From: Sulfurimonadaceae bacterium
GTDB taxonomy: Bacteria; Campylobacterota; Campylobacteria; Campylobacterales; Sulfurimonadaceae
Assembly: GCA_041571435.1 (NCBI GenBank)
Contig: JBFFUI010000052.1
Coordinates: 1 to 10,665, forward strand
Length of the DNA: 10,665 bases
Direction: 5' to 3'
In this document: positions 1 through 6,630 of the stretch, in pieces
Layout of the letters: the number at the start of each line of letters is the position of its first letter
Position numbering within the stretch: position 1 is the stretch's first letter
Notes under the pieces: generated by a model
Database searches by the model: none
Told to the model about the DNA's origin: nothing
The model's input: the letters and a program-made list of their open reading frames with translations, nothing else
Program-made: the position numbers and the translations under genes

Positions 1-1
1 T

Positions 2-58
2 GTTGCTGGTGACACACGCGGATTGCAGCTAGTAGATGTTAGTGCGTTTAAGCGTTAA
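2..58 (+). CDS. 3' end of an upstream CDS (partial), possibly an LVIVD-repeat beta-propeller protein
   Basis: Frame 2 reads VAGDTRGLQLVDVSAFKR then TAA (56-58). It resembles the LVIVD repeat pattern (VA-x(4)-GL-x-I/L-VDVS). Only 18 codons are visible. Confidence 0.45.
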   Translation, partial: VAGDTRGLQLVDVSAFKR

Positions 59-79
59 TGATTTAATAGTTAGAGGGGA

Positions 80-197
80 GCCATACTTGGCAGGTTCTCA
101 CGATCAAGTGAGAGTGACGAAAAAGCAAAGTCGGCACCGACTTTAGGGTTTTAGTTTGTCCTAAGGACTACGCATTCCCATTAAAAAAGAGGGAATG
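80..197. repeat. Cluster of short inverted repeats (REP-like element, structured RNA or terminator region)
   Basis: GCCA/TGGC 80-91; TCTCAC/GTGAGA 96-113; AAAGTCG/CGACTTT 127-144; GTCC/GGAC 158-168; CATTCCC/GGGAATG 173-197. Lies between two apparently convergent genes. Confidence 0.5.
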
Positions 198-206
198 TTG
201 GAAGTA

Positions 207-1538
207 CTATTTCAGTACTTTAGAGAGTATTGCCTCTTCATCGATGTCGTCGCTTAGGTATTTGACGACAACAAGGTTTTCCGTCTCATTGATGTACCAC
301 TCTGCAATGGCGTCATGCTCAAGTGCTTCGAGTTTTTCCATGTCAACCTCGTCGATGTGTTTGAACAGGTGGCTGTGCTTTGCCGGGTTGGAGAGCTTCA
401 CCGCTGTCCAGACCAACCAGAGCACGCCGACAACGCCAAGGCTGATACCGATCATCTTTGGATTGGAGATGCCCAGCATCAGACCCGCGAATGTCCCGCC
501 GAGGAAGGTCATGAAGTAGGCGACTGAGTTTGAGATACCCAGTGCAGCCCCTTTCTGGTGCACTTTTGCGTATTTGGAGATCAGTGACTGCACCAGCGGC
601 TCCATCATGTTAAAGCCGATGAAGAAACTGACGACACCGACAACAAAGAGTGTTGAAGAGCTTGTAAAGCCCATCAGTAAAAATGCGACGATAAAGAGGA
701 CGATAGAGATCAGAAAGATCTGTTTCGCTTTGTTGTACTTCTCACCGAACACCGCGGCCGGTCCCATCGCGATGAGCCCGAAGATCATCGCCGGCAGGTA
801 GGCCATCCAAAGCTCGGACTTCTCCCAGCCGAAACCGCCGTTTGCAACGGTGTCGGTCAGGATAAGCGGAATGAGAACGAAGGCAACGGTCATCAGCCCC
901 TTTTGCATCCCGTTGATGATGATCATCCCCAGAAGGTTCGGGTCTTTGATAATATCGGAGGTCTTTGTCGTGTTGTGGTAGATGTGACGGATGCGCGGCG
1001 GTGTCGGTACCTTGGTGAAGAGAAGCAGCATTGCGACGACAGCCAGTCCGGCGGTCATCCAGAAGAGAAAGTCAACGCCGTATGCCGCACCGAGTACCGG
1101 TCCAAGCCCCATGGCAACGGCAAAGGAGATCGCGATCGTACCGCCCATCATCGCCATCGCCTTGCCGCGCACCTCTTCGGGAACAAGGTCGGAGATCATC
1201 GCTGTGACGACGGCGCCGATCGCACCGGCACCCTGCAGGAAACGACCCAGCATCAATATATAGATATCGCTGCTCAGAGCGGCAATGACCGAACCGATAA
1301 AAAAGATCACCAGGCCGACAAAGAGTGTCGGTTTACGGCCGATCTTGTCACTGATCGTGCCGAACGGGACCTGAAAAAGGGCCTGAGTCAGTGCGTAACC
1401 GCCAACGATGACACCGACTAAAAGCGGCGTTGCCCCTTCCATGCCCATGGCGTAGACTGAGAGAACCGGCAGAACCAGGAAGAGTCCTAAAAAGCGCAGC
1501 GACAAGATAGCTGATAGGGGCATAATCGTTTTGAACAT
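207..1538 (-). CDS. MFS transporter (YajR-like drug/metabolite efflux), 443 aa
   Basis: About 12 hydrophobic segments, MFS motif A (GTISDKIGRKP) and GRFLQGAG. Start moved from 1826 to ATG 1538 (MFKTIMPL): AAAGG RBS upstream, and the longer ORF would overlap rdgB. Confidence 0.92.
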   Translation of the reverse strand: MFKTIMPLSAILSLRFLGLFLVLPVLSVYAMGMEGATPLLVGVIVGGYALTQALFQVPFGTISDKIGRKPTLFVGLVIFFIGSVIAALSSDIYILMLGRFLQGAGAIGAVVTAMISDLVPEEVRGKAMAMMGGTIAISFAVAMGLGPVLGAAYGVDFLFWMTAGLAVVAMLLLFTKVPTPPRIRHIYHNTTKTSDIIKDPNLLGMIIINGMQKGLMTVAFVLIPLILTDTVANGGFGWEKSELWMAYLPAMIFGLIAMGPAAVFGEKYNKAKQIFLISIVLFIVAFLLMGFTSSSTLFVVGVVSFFIGFNMMEPLVQSLISKYAKVHQKGAALGISNSVAYFMTFLGGTFAGLMLGISNPKMIGISLGVVGVLWLVWTAVKLSNPAKHSHLFKHIDEVDMEKLEALEHDAIAEWYINETENLVVVKYLSDDIDEEAILSKVLK

Positions 1539-1596
1539 GAGTAACCTTTTGAGACAAGAGTGTTGGAATTTTCGCATAAACTGCGTTAAAATGCGC

Positions 1597-1602
1597 ATTA
1601 TA
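1597..1602 (-). promoter_or_regulatory. Putative sigma70 -10 box for the MFS gene
   Basis: TATAAT on the minus strand about 60 nt upstream of the 1538 start, in the AT-rich divergent intergenic region. Confidence 0.5.
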
Positions 1603-1674
1603 GTACAGAAGCTGTTTTTTTTATTGCAAAGATAAAAATAATATGCCGAGTTAAAAGTATCATAAGGAATTACA

Positions 1675-2280
1675 ATGCGAATAGTCTTGGCCACATCCAA
1701 CAAGGGTAAAGTACGAGAGATCAAAGCGATGTGCGAGGACTTTGACGTTGTAGCGTTCAGTGAGCTGATCGAGCCTTTTGAGATCGTCGAAGATGCGCCG
1801 ACGTTTAAAGGCAACGCCCTGCTCAAAGCAAAGGCCGTTTATGACGCTTTAGGTGATGAAGAGGCGATCGTTCTCTCCGATGACAGCGGCATCTCCGTTG
1901 ATGCTTTGGACGGTGCACCCGGGATCTACAGTGCGCGCTACGGCGGTGAAAATGCCAGCGACAAAGACAACCTGCAAAAAGTGATGGATGAGGTCAAGGC
2001 CAAAGGTCTTGAAAGCTCACCGGCGCACTACACGGCAGCGATCGCCATTGTGACCAAAGAGGGCGAGCAGGTCGTACACGGCTGGATGTACGGTGATGTC
2101 ATCACGACGCCGCGCGGCGAAAACGGCTTTGGTTACGATCCCTGTTTTATTCCTGAAGGATTTGACAAGACCCTGGGTGAACTGGATGATGAGGTCAAAA
2201 AAGGACTTTCGCACCGTTCCAAGGCCCTCTATCTGGCAAGACTGGTTCTTCATACAATCAAAAAAGCGAGAGAACATTAA
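1675..2280 (+). CDS. rdgB: RdgB/HAM1 family non-canonical purine NTP (dITP/XTP) pyrophosphatase
   Basis: Motifs [32 protein letters not shown] and SHR; RBS AAGGA upstream. Confidence 0.97.
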   Translation: MRIVLATSNKGKVREIKAMCEDFDVVAFSELIEPFEIVEDAPTFKGNALLKAKAVYDALGDEEAIVLSDDSGISVDALDGAPGIYSARYGGENASDKDNLQKVMDEVKAKGLESSPAHYTAAIAIVTKEGEQVVHGWMYGDVITTPRGENGFGYDPCFIPEGFDKTLGELDDEVKKGLSHRSKALYLARLVLHTIKKAREH

Positions 2281-2309
2281 TCTTCAAAATCGTTAAAGCT
2301 TCTCTGGAA

Positions 2310-2315
2310 TATAAT
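2310..2315 (+). promoter_or_regulatory. Putative -10 box for the ncRNA-RT unit
   Basis: Perfect TATAAT predicts a start near 2321-2323, which is where the a2-like arm begins. Confidence 0.65.
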
Positions 2316-2321
2316 GGTTGC

Positions 2322-2506
2322 AAGGCAGTAGCTATTTACGATTTCGATCGTGTTCAGATGCGTTCTTGTAGTGCGTTTCGCCTACTCTTTTTGACGTATC
2401 TACCGAACTCCGTGCTGCCTGATTCATACCCAAACCCCGATGTAGAAAATGCGGACGTATTACTATATATAATAACTCTTGCTGCCTCGAGGTTTGTGTA
2501 TATGAA
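2322..2506 (+). ncRNA. Putative retron-like ncRNA (msr-msd) / structured leader of the RT gene
   Basis: AGGCAGTA (2323-2330) is complementary, with one G-U, to TGCTGCCT at both 2413-2420 and 2480-2487. G2331 follows in an AGC context. Hairpin ACGAT-TTCG-ATCGT 2338-2351. Stem AGATGCGT/ACGTATCT 2356-2401 encloses GTAG-T-GCG-TTT-CGC-CTAC. Long stem 2423-2440/2487-2506. Directly upstream of a retron-type RT. The 3' boundary is uncertain. Confidence 0.7.
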
Positions 2507-2514
2507 AAGGCGGT

Positions 2515-4098
2515 ATGATGAAAAAACAGTACAAGATGATCAAACTTCCAAAAGGCAGAGGAACGTTCCGGACCATCTATGCCCCTTCCAAACCCTACAA
2601 GAGAAAACTCGCATCATTTTTGCTTGACCTGCAGCAAAAAGTCCATAACGCGGATCATGATGAGATCGTCCACGGTTTTATGCGTGGCCGCGGTCCGGTC
2701 AGCAACGCGCTGAAACATGTGGGATACGCCTACACCCTCTCCCTTGATCTGAAAGATTTTTTTGACAGTGTGACCTCAGAGATGGTCGAAGAGTATCTCA
2801 GTGAGGAGGAGCGCGAACTCTGTTTTATAGACGGCATCGCCAGACAGGGCCTTCCGACAAGCCCGCTTATTGCAAACATGGCACTGCTGAAGCTTGACAG
2901 ACAGATCAAGGATGCTATTGCGGAGGAGGGGGTCTTTACCGTCTATACCCGCTATGCAGATGATCTGATCTTCTCTTTCAACCATGAAGCGTTCGCGCCA
3001 ACTCTGGAGACTCTGGTCGAGAAGATCATGACTGAGGGAGGCTTTCAGCTTAACCGTAAAAAGAGAAGACTGCAGAGTGCCAAAAACGGTCGACGCATGA
3101 TCACCGGTATCGCCGTAGACGAACACGGCATCCACCCAAGCCGAAAACTCAAACGCCGTATCCGTGCAGCGGTACACCAAAAAAACAGAGAATCGGCCTT
3201 TGGCCTGCTCTCGTGGGCGGAGTGCAAAGAGCCCAAAGCTTTTTACACCGATCGCGATCTGCTGAACAAAAACATTTTTAGAGAGGAAGCTCTCGACCTC
3301 TCCAATGATTTTTATCTCTCCGATCTGCTTTCGTTTGAGGCGTATGTCGATGCGGTAGAGGAAGATTTCGGCAACTCGGATTTGGCGCATGAACATGACA
3401 GAGAGAAGTGGGAAAGTCAAAAAAGCGCCTTTCTGGCACAGCGTGAAGCGTTTTACCAAAAGGAGAAGCAACTTGCTGATGCGGCTCGAAAAGTGGCTCG
3501 AGAAGATATGGAGAAACATTTTATTGAAGAGGAGGAAGCGGATCAGAAAGAGGAGATGCCGCTTCGCCAGAGAGAGACTGTCCCCAAACCTCCTCCTCGA
3601 CCGGCCACGGCTTTTGAGAAGAAGGAAGAAAAGCAAAAGGAGCTCAACATCGACTTTGATACGTTAAAAGAGATTGAACAGGAAGAGGTGGCAAATTTTC
3701 AAAACGAGAAAAAAGCGCATCGCCGAAAAAGAGAGGCGATCGCAAGTGCCAATGAGGAGAATGAGGCGAAGAGAAGGTCGCTGAACAAAGTGTTTATGGC
3801 CAGTCTCTTGCCGATAGTGCTGTTTCTTGGCGCGATGAGCTACTACTTTTCGGCTACAGAGATTAAGAAAAAAGCAGCGTATCCTCTCTTCGTCAATGTA
3901 ACGCCCTTTGATGCAAAAGTGCAGATTATGAATATTTCTGAAGCGTATGCGACGGGGATTGAGCTAAAGCCCGGAGAGTACGATATACGTATCTCTAAAC
4001 AAGGCTACAACCCCCAACGCTTCTGGATTACGATGGGACAGGAACCGCTTGTCGTAACCCGGGAACTGACCAAGGTCAAGAAACGCAAGGTCTATTAA
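2515..4098 (+). CDS. Retron-type reverse transcriptase fused to a charged linker, a single TM helix and a C-terminal PEGA-like domain
   Basis: RT aa 1-241: LPK..R.IYAP, HGF, NALKH (aa 64-68, retron region X), DLKDFF, QGLPTSP, YTRYADD (YADD aa 147-150), N.KK, ITG (aa 196-198, VTG-like region Y). Aa 242-425 is rich in E/K/R. Aa 426-445 VFMASLLPIVLFLGAMSYYF is hydrophobic. Aa 456-520 LFVNVTPFDAKV...LKPGEYDIRISKQGY matches the PEGA pattern. RBS AAAAGG 2505-2510 is better spaced for ATG 2518. Confidence 0.9.
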   Translation: MMKKQYKMIKLPKGRGTFRTIYAPSKPYKRKLASFLLDLQQKVHNADHDEIVHGFMRGRGPVSNALKHVGYAYTLSLDLKDFFDSVTSEMVEEYLSEEERELCFIDGIARQGLPTSPLIANMALLKLDRQIKDAIAEEGVFTVYTRYADDLIFSFNHEAFAPTLETLVEKIMTEGGFQLNRKKRRLQSAKNGRRMITGIAVDEHGIHPSRKLKRRIRAAVHQKNRESAFGLLSWAECKEPKAFYTDRDLLNKNIFREEALDLSNDFYLSDLLSFEAYVDAVEEDFGNSDLAHEHDREKWESQKSAFLAQREAFYQKEKQLADAARKVAREDMEKHFIEEEEADQKEEMPLRQRETVPKPPPRPATAFEKKEEKQKELNIDFDTLKEIEQEEVANFQNEKKAHRRKREAIASANEENEAKRRSLNKVFMASLLPIVLFLGAMSYYFSATEIKKKAAYPLFVNVTPFDAKVQIMNISEAYATGIELKPGEYDIRISKQGYNPQRFWITMGQEPLVVTRELTKVKKRKVY

Positions 4099-4703
4099 GC
4101 TTTAGAGGCGGTCATTAAAAAGAGCGGGTACTCGCTGCCATTCTCTTTTGTCACTGTGTGGGCTCGTTCAAACCTTACATCGGTAAAACCGTACTTTCTT
4201 GCTATTTCGGCCAACTTCTCCTGATCAAAGCCAAAATGGAAAACCCCTTCATTGCCATGGGCGTGAAAGCTTCCATCCTCCTCTTCAAGATCGGCAATGG
4301 CAATAAACCCTTTTGGCTGCAGTAGAGCAGAGAAGGTCTTGAACAGAGCATCCAAATCCTCGATATGGTGCATGCTCATAGAACTGACGATGCCGTCAAA
4401 CTGTTTTTCAGATGAAAACTGCAGGATGTCACTGTGCACGGTCTCAATCGTACAGTCCTCCCATATTTTGGCATTGACCTCCAACTGGTTCAGCATTTCC
4501 TGTGAGAAGTCAAGTGCTGTCATATGCCCTACGAAGGGGCAGAGGTGTTTGGTCAGAAGGCCGGTACCGGCACCGAAATCCAGCAGATGCATCTCTTTGG
4601 AAAGCGCCAGTGTATTGAGAATGGCATCGGCGATATTTGAGGCAAGCTGCTGTCGGGTCTGAGAGCTGTCCCATTCCTTAGCGACTTTGTCGAAACGTGA
4701 CAT
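4095..4703 (-). CDS. Class I SAM-dependent methyltransferase
   Basis: Motif I LLDFGAGTG, LDFS.EML, FDGIVSSMSMHH, L.PKG.I.I.D; N-terminal FD..A..WD; RBS AAGGAG. Confidence 0.93.
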   Translation of the reverse strand: MSRFDKVAKEWDSSQTRQQLASNIADAILNTLALSKEMHLLDFGAGTGLLTKHLCPFVGHMTALDFSQEMLNQLEVNAKIWEDCTIETVHSDILQFSSEKQFDGIVSSMSMHHIEDLDALFKTFSALLQPKGFIAIADLEEEDGSFHAHGNEGVFHFGFDQEKLAEIARKYGFTDVRFERAHTVTKENGSEYPLFLMTASKA

Positions 4704-4728
4704 GGAGACTCCTTGATGATATCGGCAG

Positions 4729-4737
4729 ATTTTATCA
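4729..4737 (-). promoter_or_regulatory. Putative extended -10 promoter of the methyltransferase gene
   Basis: TGATAAAAT on the minus strand about 25 nt upstream of the start. Confidence 0.5.
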
Positions 4738-4841
4738 TGCTACAGTAAACAGTAGTGGCACAGGTTGACGATTAAAATATCTCGTAAGTTTTATTTAACC
4801 GTCACTGCTGTAATGTTTTGCAATTCAATTAAGGAACGATT

Positions 4842-5309
4842 ATGATCAGAAAAATCGCAACAACCGCGCTGCTTGTCTCAACAATGGCAGTAAATGTATT
4901 CGCGTATGATACGGACAAGGCAAAAGAGTTCGACAAGTTCTATTCCAGCTTTACACAAAAAGCCTGTGCAAACTCCACGCTCTATATCGAGGGTGACGAG
5001 GTGATGAAGATGATGCGCAAACAGAAGAAGTTTATGTTTCTTGACATCCGTACACCGGGTGAATTGGCAGTGGTCGGAATTAAGACATCCAACACGCTTG
5101 AAATCCCGGTAGAGCACCTGTTCGAAGCCAAAAATCTTGACAGACTGCCTAAAGATGAGCCGATAGTTGTCGTCTGTTACTCCGGAACGCGTGCAGTGAT
5201 GGCGGTTGCGAGTCTGAAGATGATCGGGTTTACAAACACGCGTGTTATGAAAGGCGGGGTCATGGGTCTTTCCAAAGCAAGCAATACAAAAACGGCGCCC
5301 GTCAAGTAA
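4842..5309 (+). CDS. Exported rhodanese-like domain protein (sulfurtransferase)
   Basis: Signal peptide MIRKIATTALLVSTMAVNVFA; FLDIRTPGE; LPKDEPIVVVCYSGTRA with the active-site Cys; GFTN...KGG; RBS AAGGA. Confidence 0.9.
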   Translation: MIRKIATTALLVSTMAVNVFAYDTDKAKEFDKFYSSFTQKACANSTLYIEGDEVMKMMRKQKKFMFLDIRTPGELAVVGIKTSNTLEIPVEHLFEAKNLDRLPKDEPIVVVCYSGTRAVMAVASLKMIGFTNTRVMKGGVMGLSKASNTKTAPVK

Positions 5310-5438
5310 GCGTGTTGTTCCGGCTTCCGATAGGATGGGCCGATGTCAACAAGGGTAAACGCTGTTTATACGCTTCTTATTACAATCTTAAATAACGCTA
5401 TTATGCATGGTTGATAGGATTAAGATAAACAAAGCGTC

Positions 5439-5447
5439 TGTTATAGT
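5439..5447 (+). promoter_or_regulatory. Putative extended -10 promoter for rubredoxin
   Basis: TGTTATAGT about 20 nt upstream of the ATG, followed by an AAAGGA RBS. Confidence 0.45.
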
Positions 5448-5467
5448 ACATCCATAAAGGATTCAAT

Positions 5468-5638
5468 ATGGCAAAAAAATATATATGCACTGTCTGCGAA
5501 TGGATCTATGATCCGGAGGTGGGCGACCCTGACGGCGGTATCGCTCCGGGAACAGCTTTTGAAGATATTCCGGACGACTGGGTCTGTCCGGATTGCGGTG
5601 TCTCAAAAGATAGTTTTGAAGAGTACGTCGGCGATTAG
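5468..5638 (+). CDS. Rubredoxin, 56 aa (absent from the ORF track)
   Basis: Manual translation [56 protein letters not shown]. Two CxxC motifs plus [21 protein letters not shown]; good RBS. Confidence 0.97.
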   Translation: MAKKYICTVCEWIYDPEVGDPDGGIAPGTAFEDIPDDWVCPDCGVSKDSFEEYVGD

Positions 5639-5641
5639 CCT

Positions 5642-6403
5642 TTAGAGCAGTAGCAGGATGACCCCGAAAATAATGCGGTAGATACCGAAGGCGACAAAAG
5701 TAAAGCGCTGTAAAAAGACCAGAAAGAGTTTGATGGTCAGGTAGGCGACGACAAAGGCGGCAAGGAAGCCGACGGCAAAGGCGCCCCAGTTGGCATCGGC
5801 AAACTCCTGGTAGTGTTTGAGCAGGTCGTAGCCGCTTACAGCCCCCATGACGGGGATCGCCAGCAGGAATGAGAATTCGGCACTGGTCTTACGGTTCATC
5901 TTTAACAGCATCCCTCCGATGATCGTCGCACCGGCTCGGCTTGTACCGGGGATGAGTGAAAAGACCTGGGCGACACCGACAAGAAAAGCCTGTTTGTAAC
6001 TGACGTTTTCAACCTCATTGGTGTGGCTCTCTTCCTCTTTGTAAAGCTTCTCGACGATCAAAAAGACAATCCCGCCGATTATAAACATGATGGCCACCGT
6101 GTTGACCGTAAAAAGCTCTTTGATGAGGTCTTTAAAGATGAAGCCGATAGCGGCAAGCGGTAAAAAAGCGACAAAAAGTTTCTGCCACAGCTCGATCTTT
6201 TTGAGTGTCAGTTTTTCGCGGTAGACCAGCATTACAGCCATGATCGCAGCAAACTGAATGATCACTTCGTAGGCTTTTGTAAGATTGTCCTGAGAGACGC
6301 CGAGGTACTTGCTGGCAACGATCATATGGCCGGTTGATGAGATGGGAAGAAACTCGGTAAACCCTTCGATAATACCGATAATAATAGCCTGAAAAATATC
6401 CAA
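5642..6403 (-). CDS. uppP: Undecaprenyl-diphosphate phosphatase (BacA/UppP), 253 aa
   Basis: EGFTEFLPISSTGH, IPGTSRAGATI and AEFSFLLAIP motifs. Start moved to TTG 6403 (MDIFQAIIIG), which has an AGAGGGA RBS. Confidence 0.96.
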   Translation of the reverse strand: MDIFQAIIIGIIEGFTEFLPISSTGHMIVASKYLGVSQDNLTKAYEVIIQFAAIMAVMLVYREKLTLKKIELWQKLFVAFLPLAAIGFIFKDLIKELFTVNTVAIMFIIGGIVFLIVEKLYKEEESHTNEVENVSYKQAFLVGVAQVFSLIPGTSRAGATIIGGMLLKMNRKTSAEFSFLLAIPVMGAVSGYDLLKHYQEFADANWGAFAVGFLAAFVVAYLTIKLFLVFLQRFTFVAFGIYRIIFGVILLLL

Positions 6404-6432
6404 AATAGGTCCCTCTGTTGTTTGATTTTTAT

Positions 6433-6441
6433 ATTTTAGCA
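6433..6441 (-). promoter_or_regulatory. Putative extended -10 promoter of uppP
   Basis: TGCTAAAAT on the minus strand about 30 nt upstream of the TTG start. Confidence 0.5.
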
Positions 6442-6539
6442 CGCGGCGGATAAAAGAGCTGTTGTGAACATCTGCCTCTTTTTTTTTCGCAACCCTGAAA
6501 AGCGTCCAAAAATTCATTTAGAGCTAAACACTTATTGGC

Positions 6540-6545
6540 TATAAT
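6540..6545 (+). promoter_or_regulatory. Putative -10 box for the aminotransferase-hisZ-purA operon
   Basis: Perfect TATAAT in the divergent intergenic region, preceded by A/T tracts. Confidence 0.5.
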
Positions 6546-6630
6546 ACGCGGTTTGAAAATTATACGGCATAGGTATCATGTAAGAGACCGGGTGTAGGGA
6601 CTTTACATGATGTTTATCAAAGGAACCACA

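Noticed and set aside
127-170. GGCACCGAC and GTTTTAGT resemble Cas9 tracrRNA and CRISPR repeat fragments
   Set aside because: The matches are only 8-9 nt, and there is no repeat-spacer array or cas gene in the window.
1539-1826. N-terminal extension of the 539-aa MFS ORF
   Set aside because: It overlaps rdgB and the divergent promoter region; ATG 1538 has an RBS and a family-like start.
2429-2438. CCCAAACCCC resembles a telomerase-like template
   Set aside because: Short, and fully explained as one strand of the 2423-2506 stem.
2358-2627. 89-aa ORF upstream of the RT as a possible small effector
   Set aside because: No RBS, no recognisable motif, it overlaps the RT out of frame, and the region is better explained as structured RNA.
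2776-3636. 286-aa antisense ORF inside the RT gene
   Set aside because: Its L/F-rich composition mirrors the E/K codons of the sense strand, typical of a shadow ORF.
2515-4098. RT as a group II intron, DGR or CRISPR-associated RT
   Set aside because: No maturase/HNH domain, no long TR/VR repeat pair or avd gene, and no Cas1 or array. NAxxH and ITG motifs indicate a retron type.
4095-4703. Methyltransferase (or upstream rdgB) as the retron effector
   Set aside because: The methyltransferase is convergent, has its own promoter and looks like a small-molecule enzyme. rdgB is housekeeping and lies upstream of the RT unit's promoter. Co-occurrence analysis would be needed to revive this idea.
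5377-5395. TTATT-N9-AATAA upstream of rubredoxin as a Fur/PerR box
   Set aside because: Poor match to known consensus sequences, and such repeats are expected by chance in AT-rich DNA.
6404-6517. N-terminal extension of the uppP ORF
   Set aside because: It runs through the promoter region; TTG 6403 has an RBS and gives a family-typical length.
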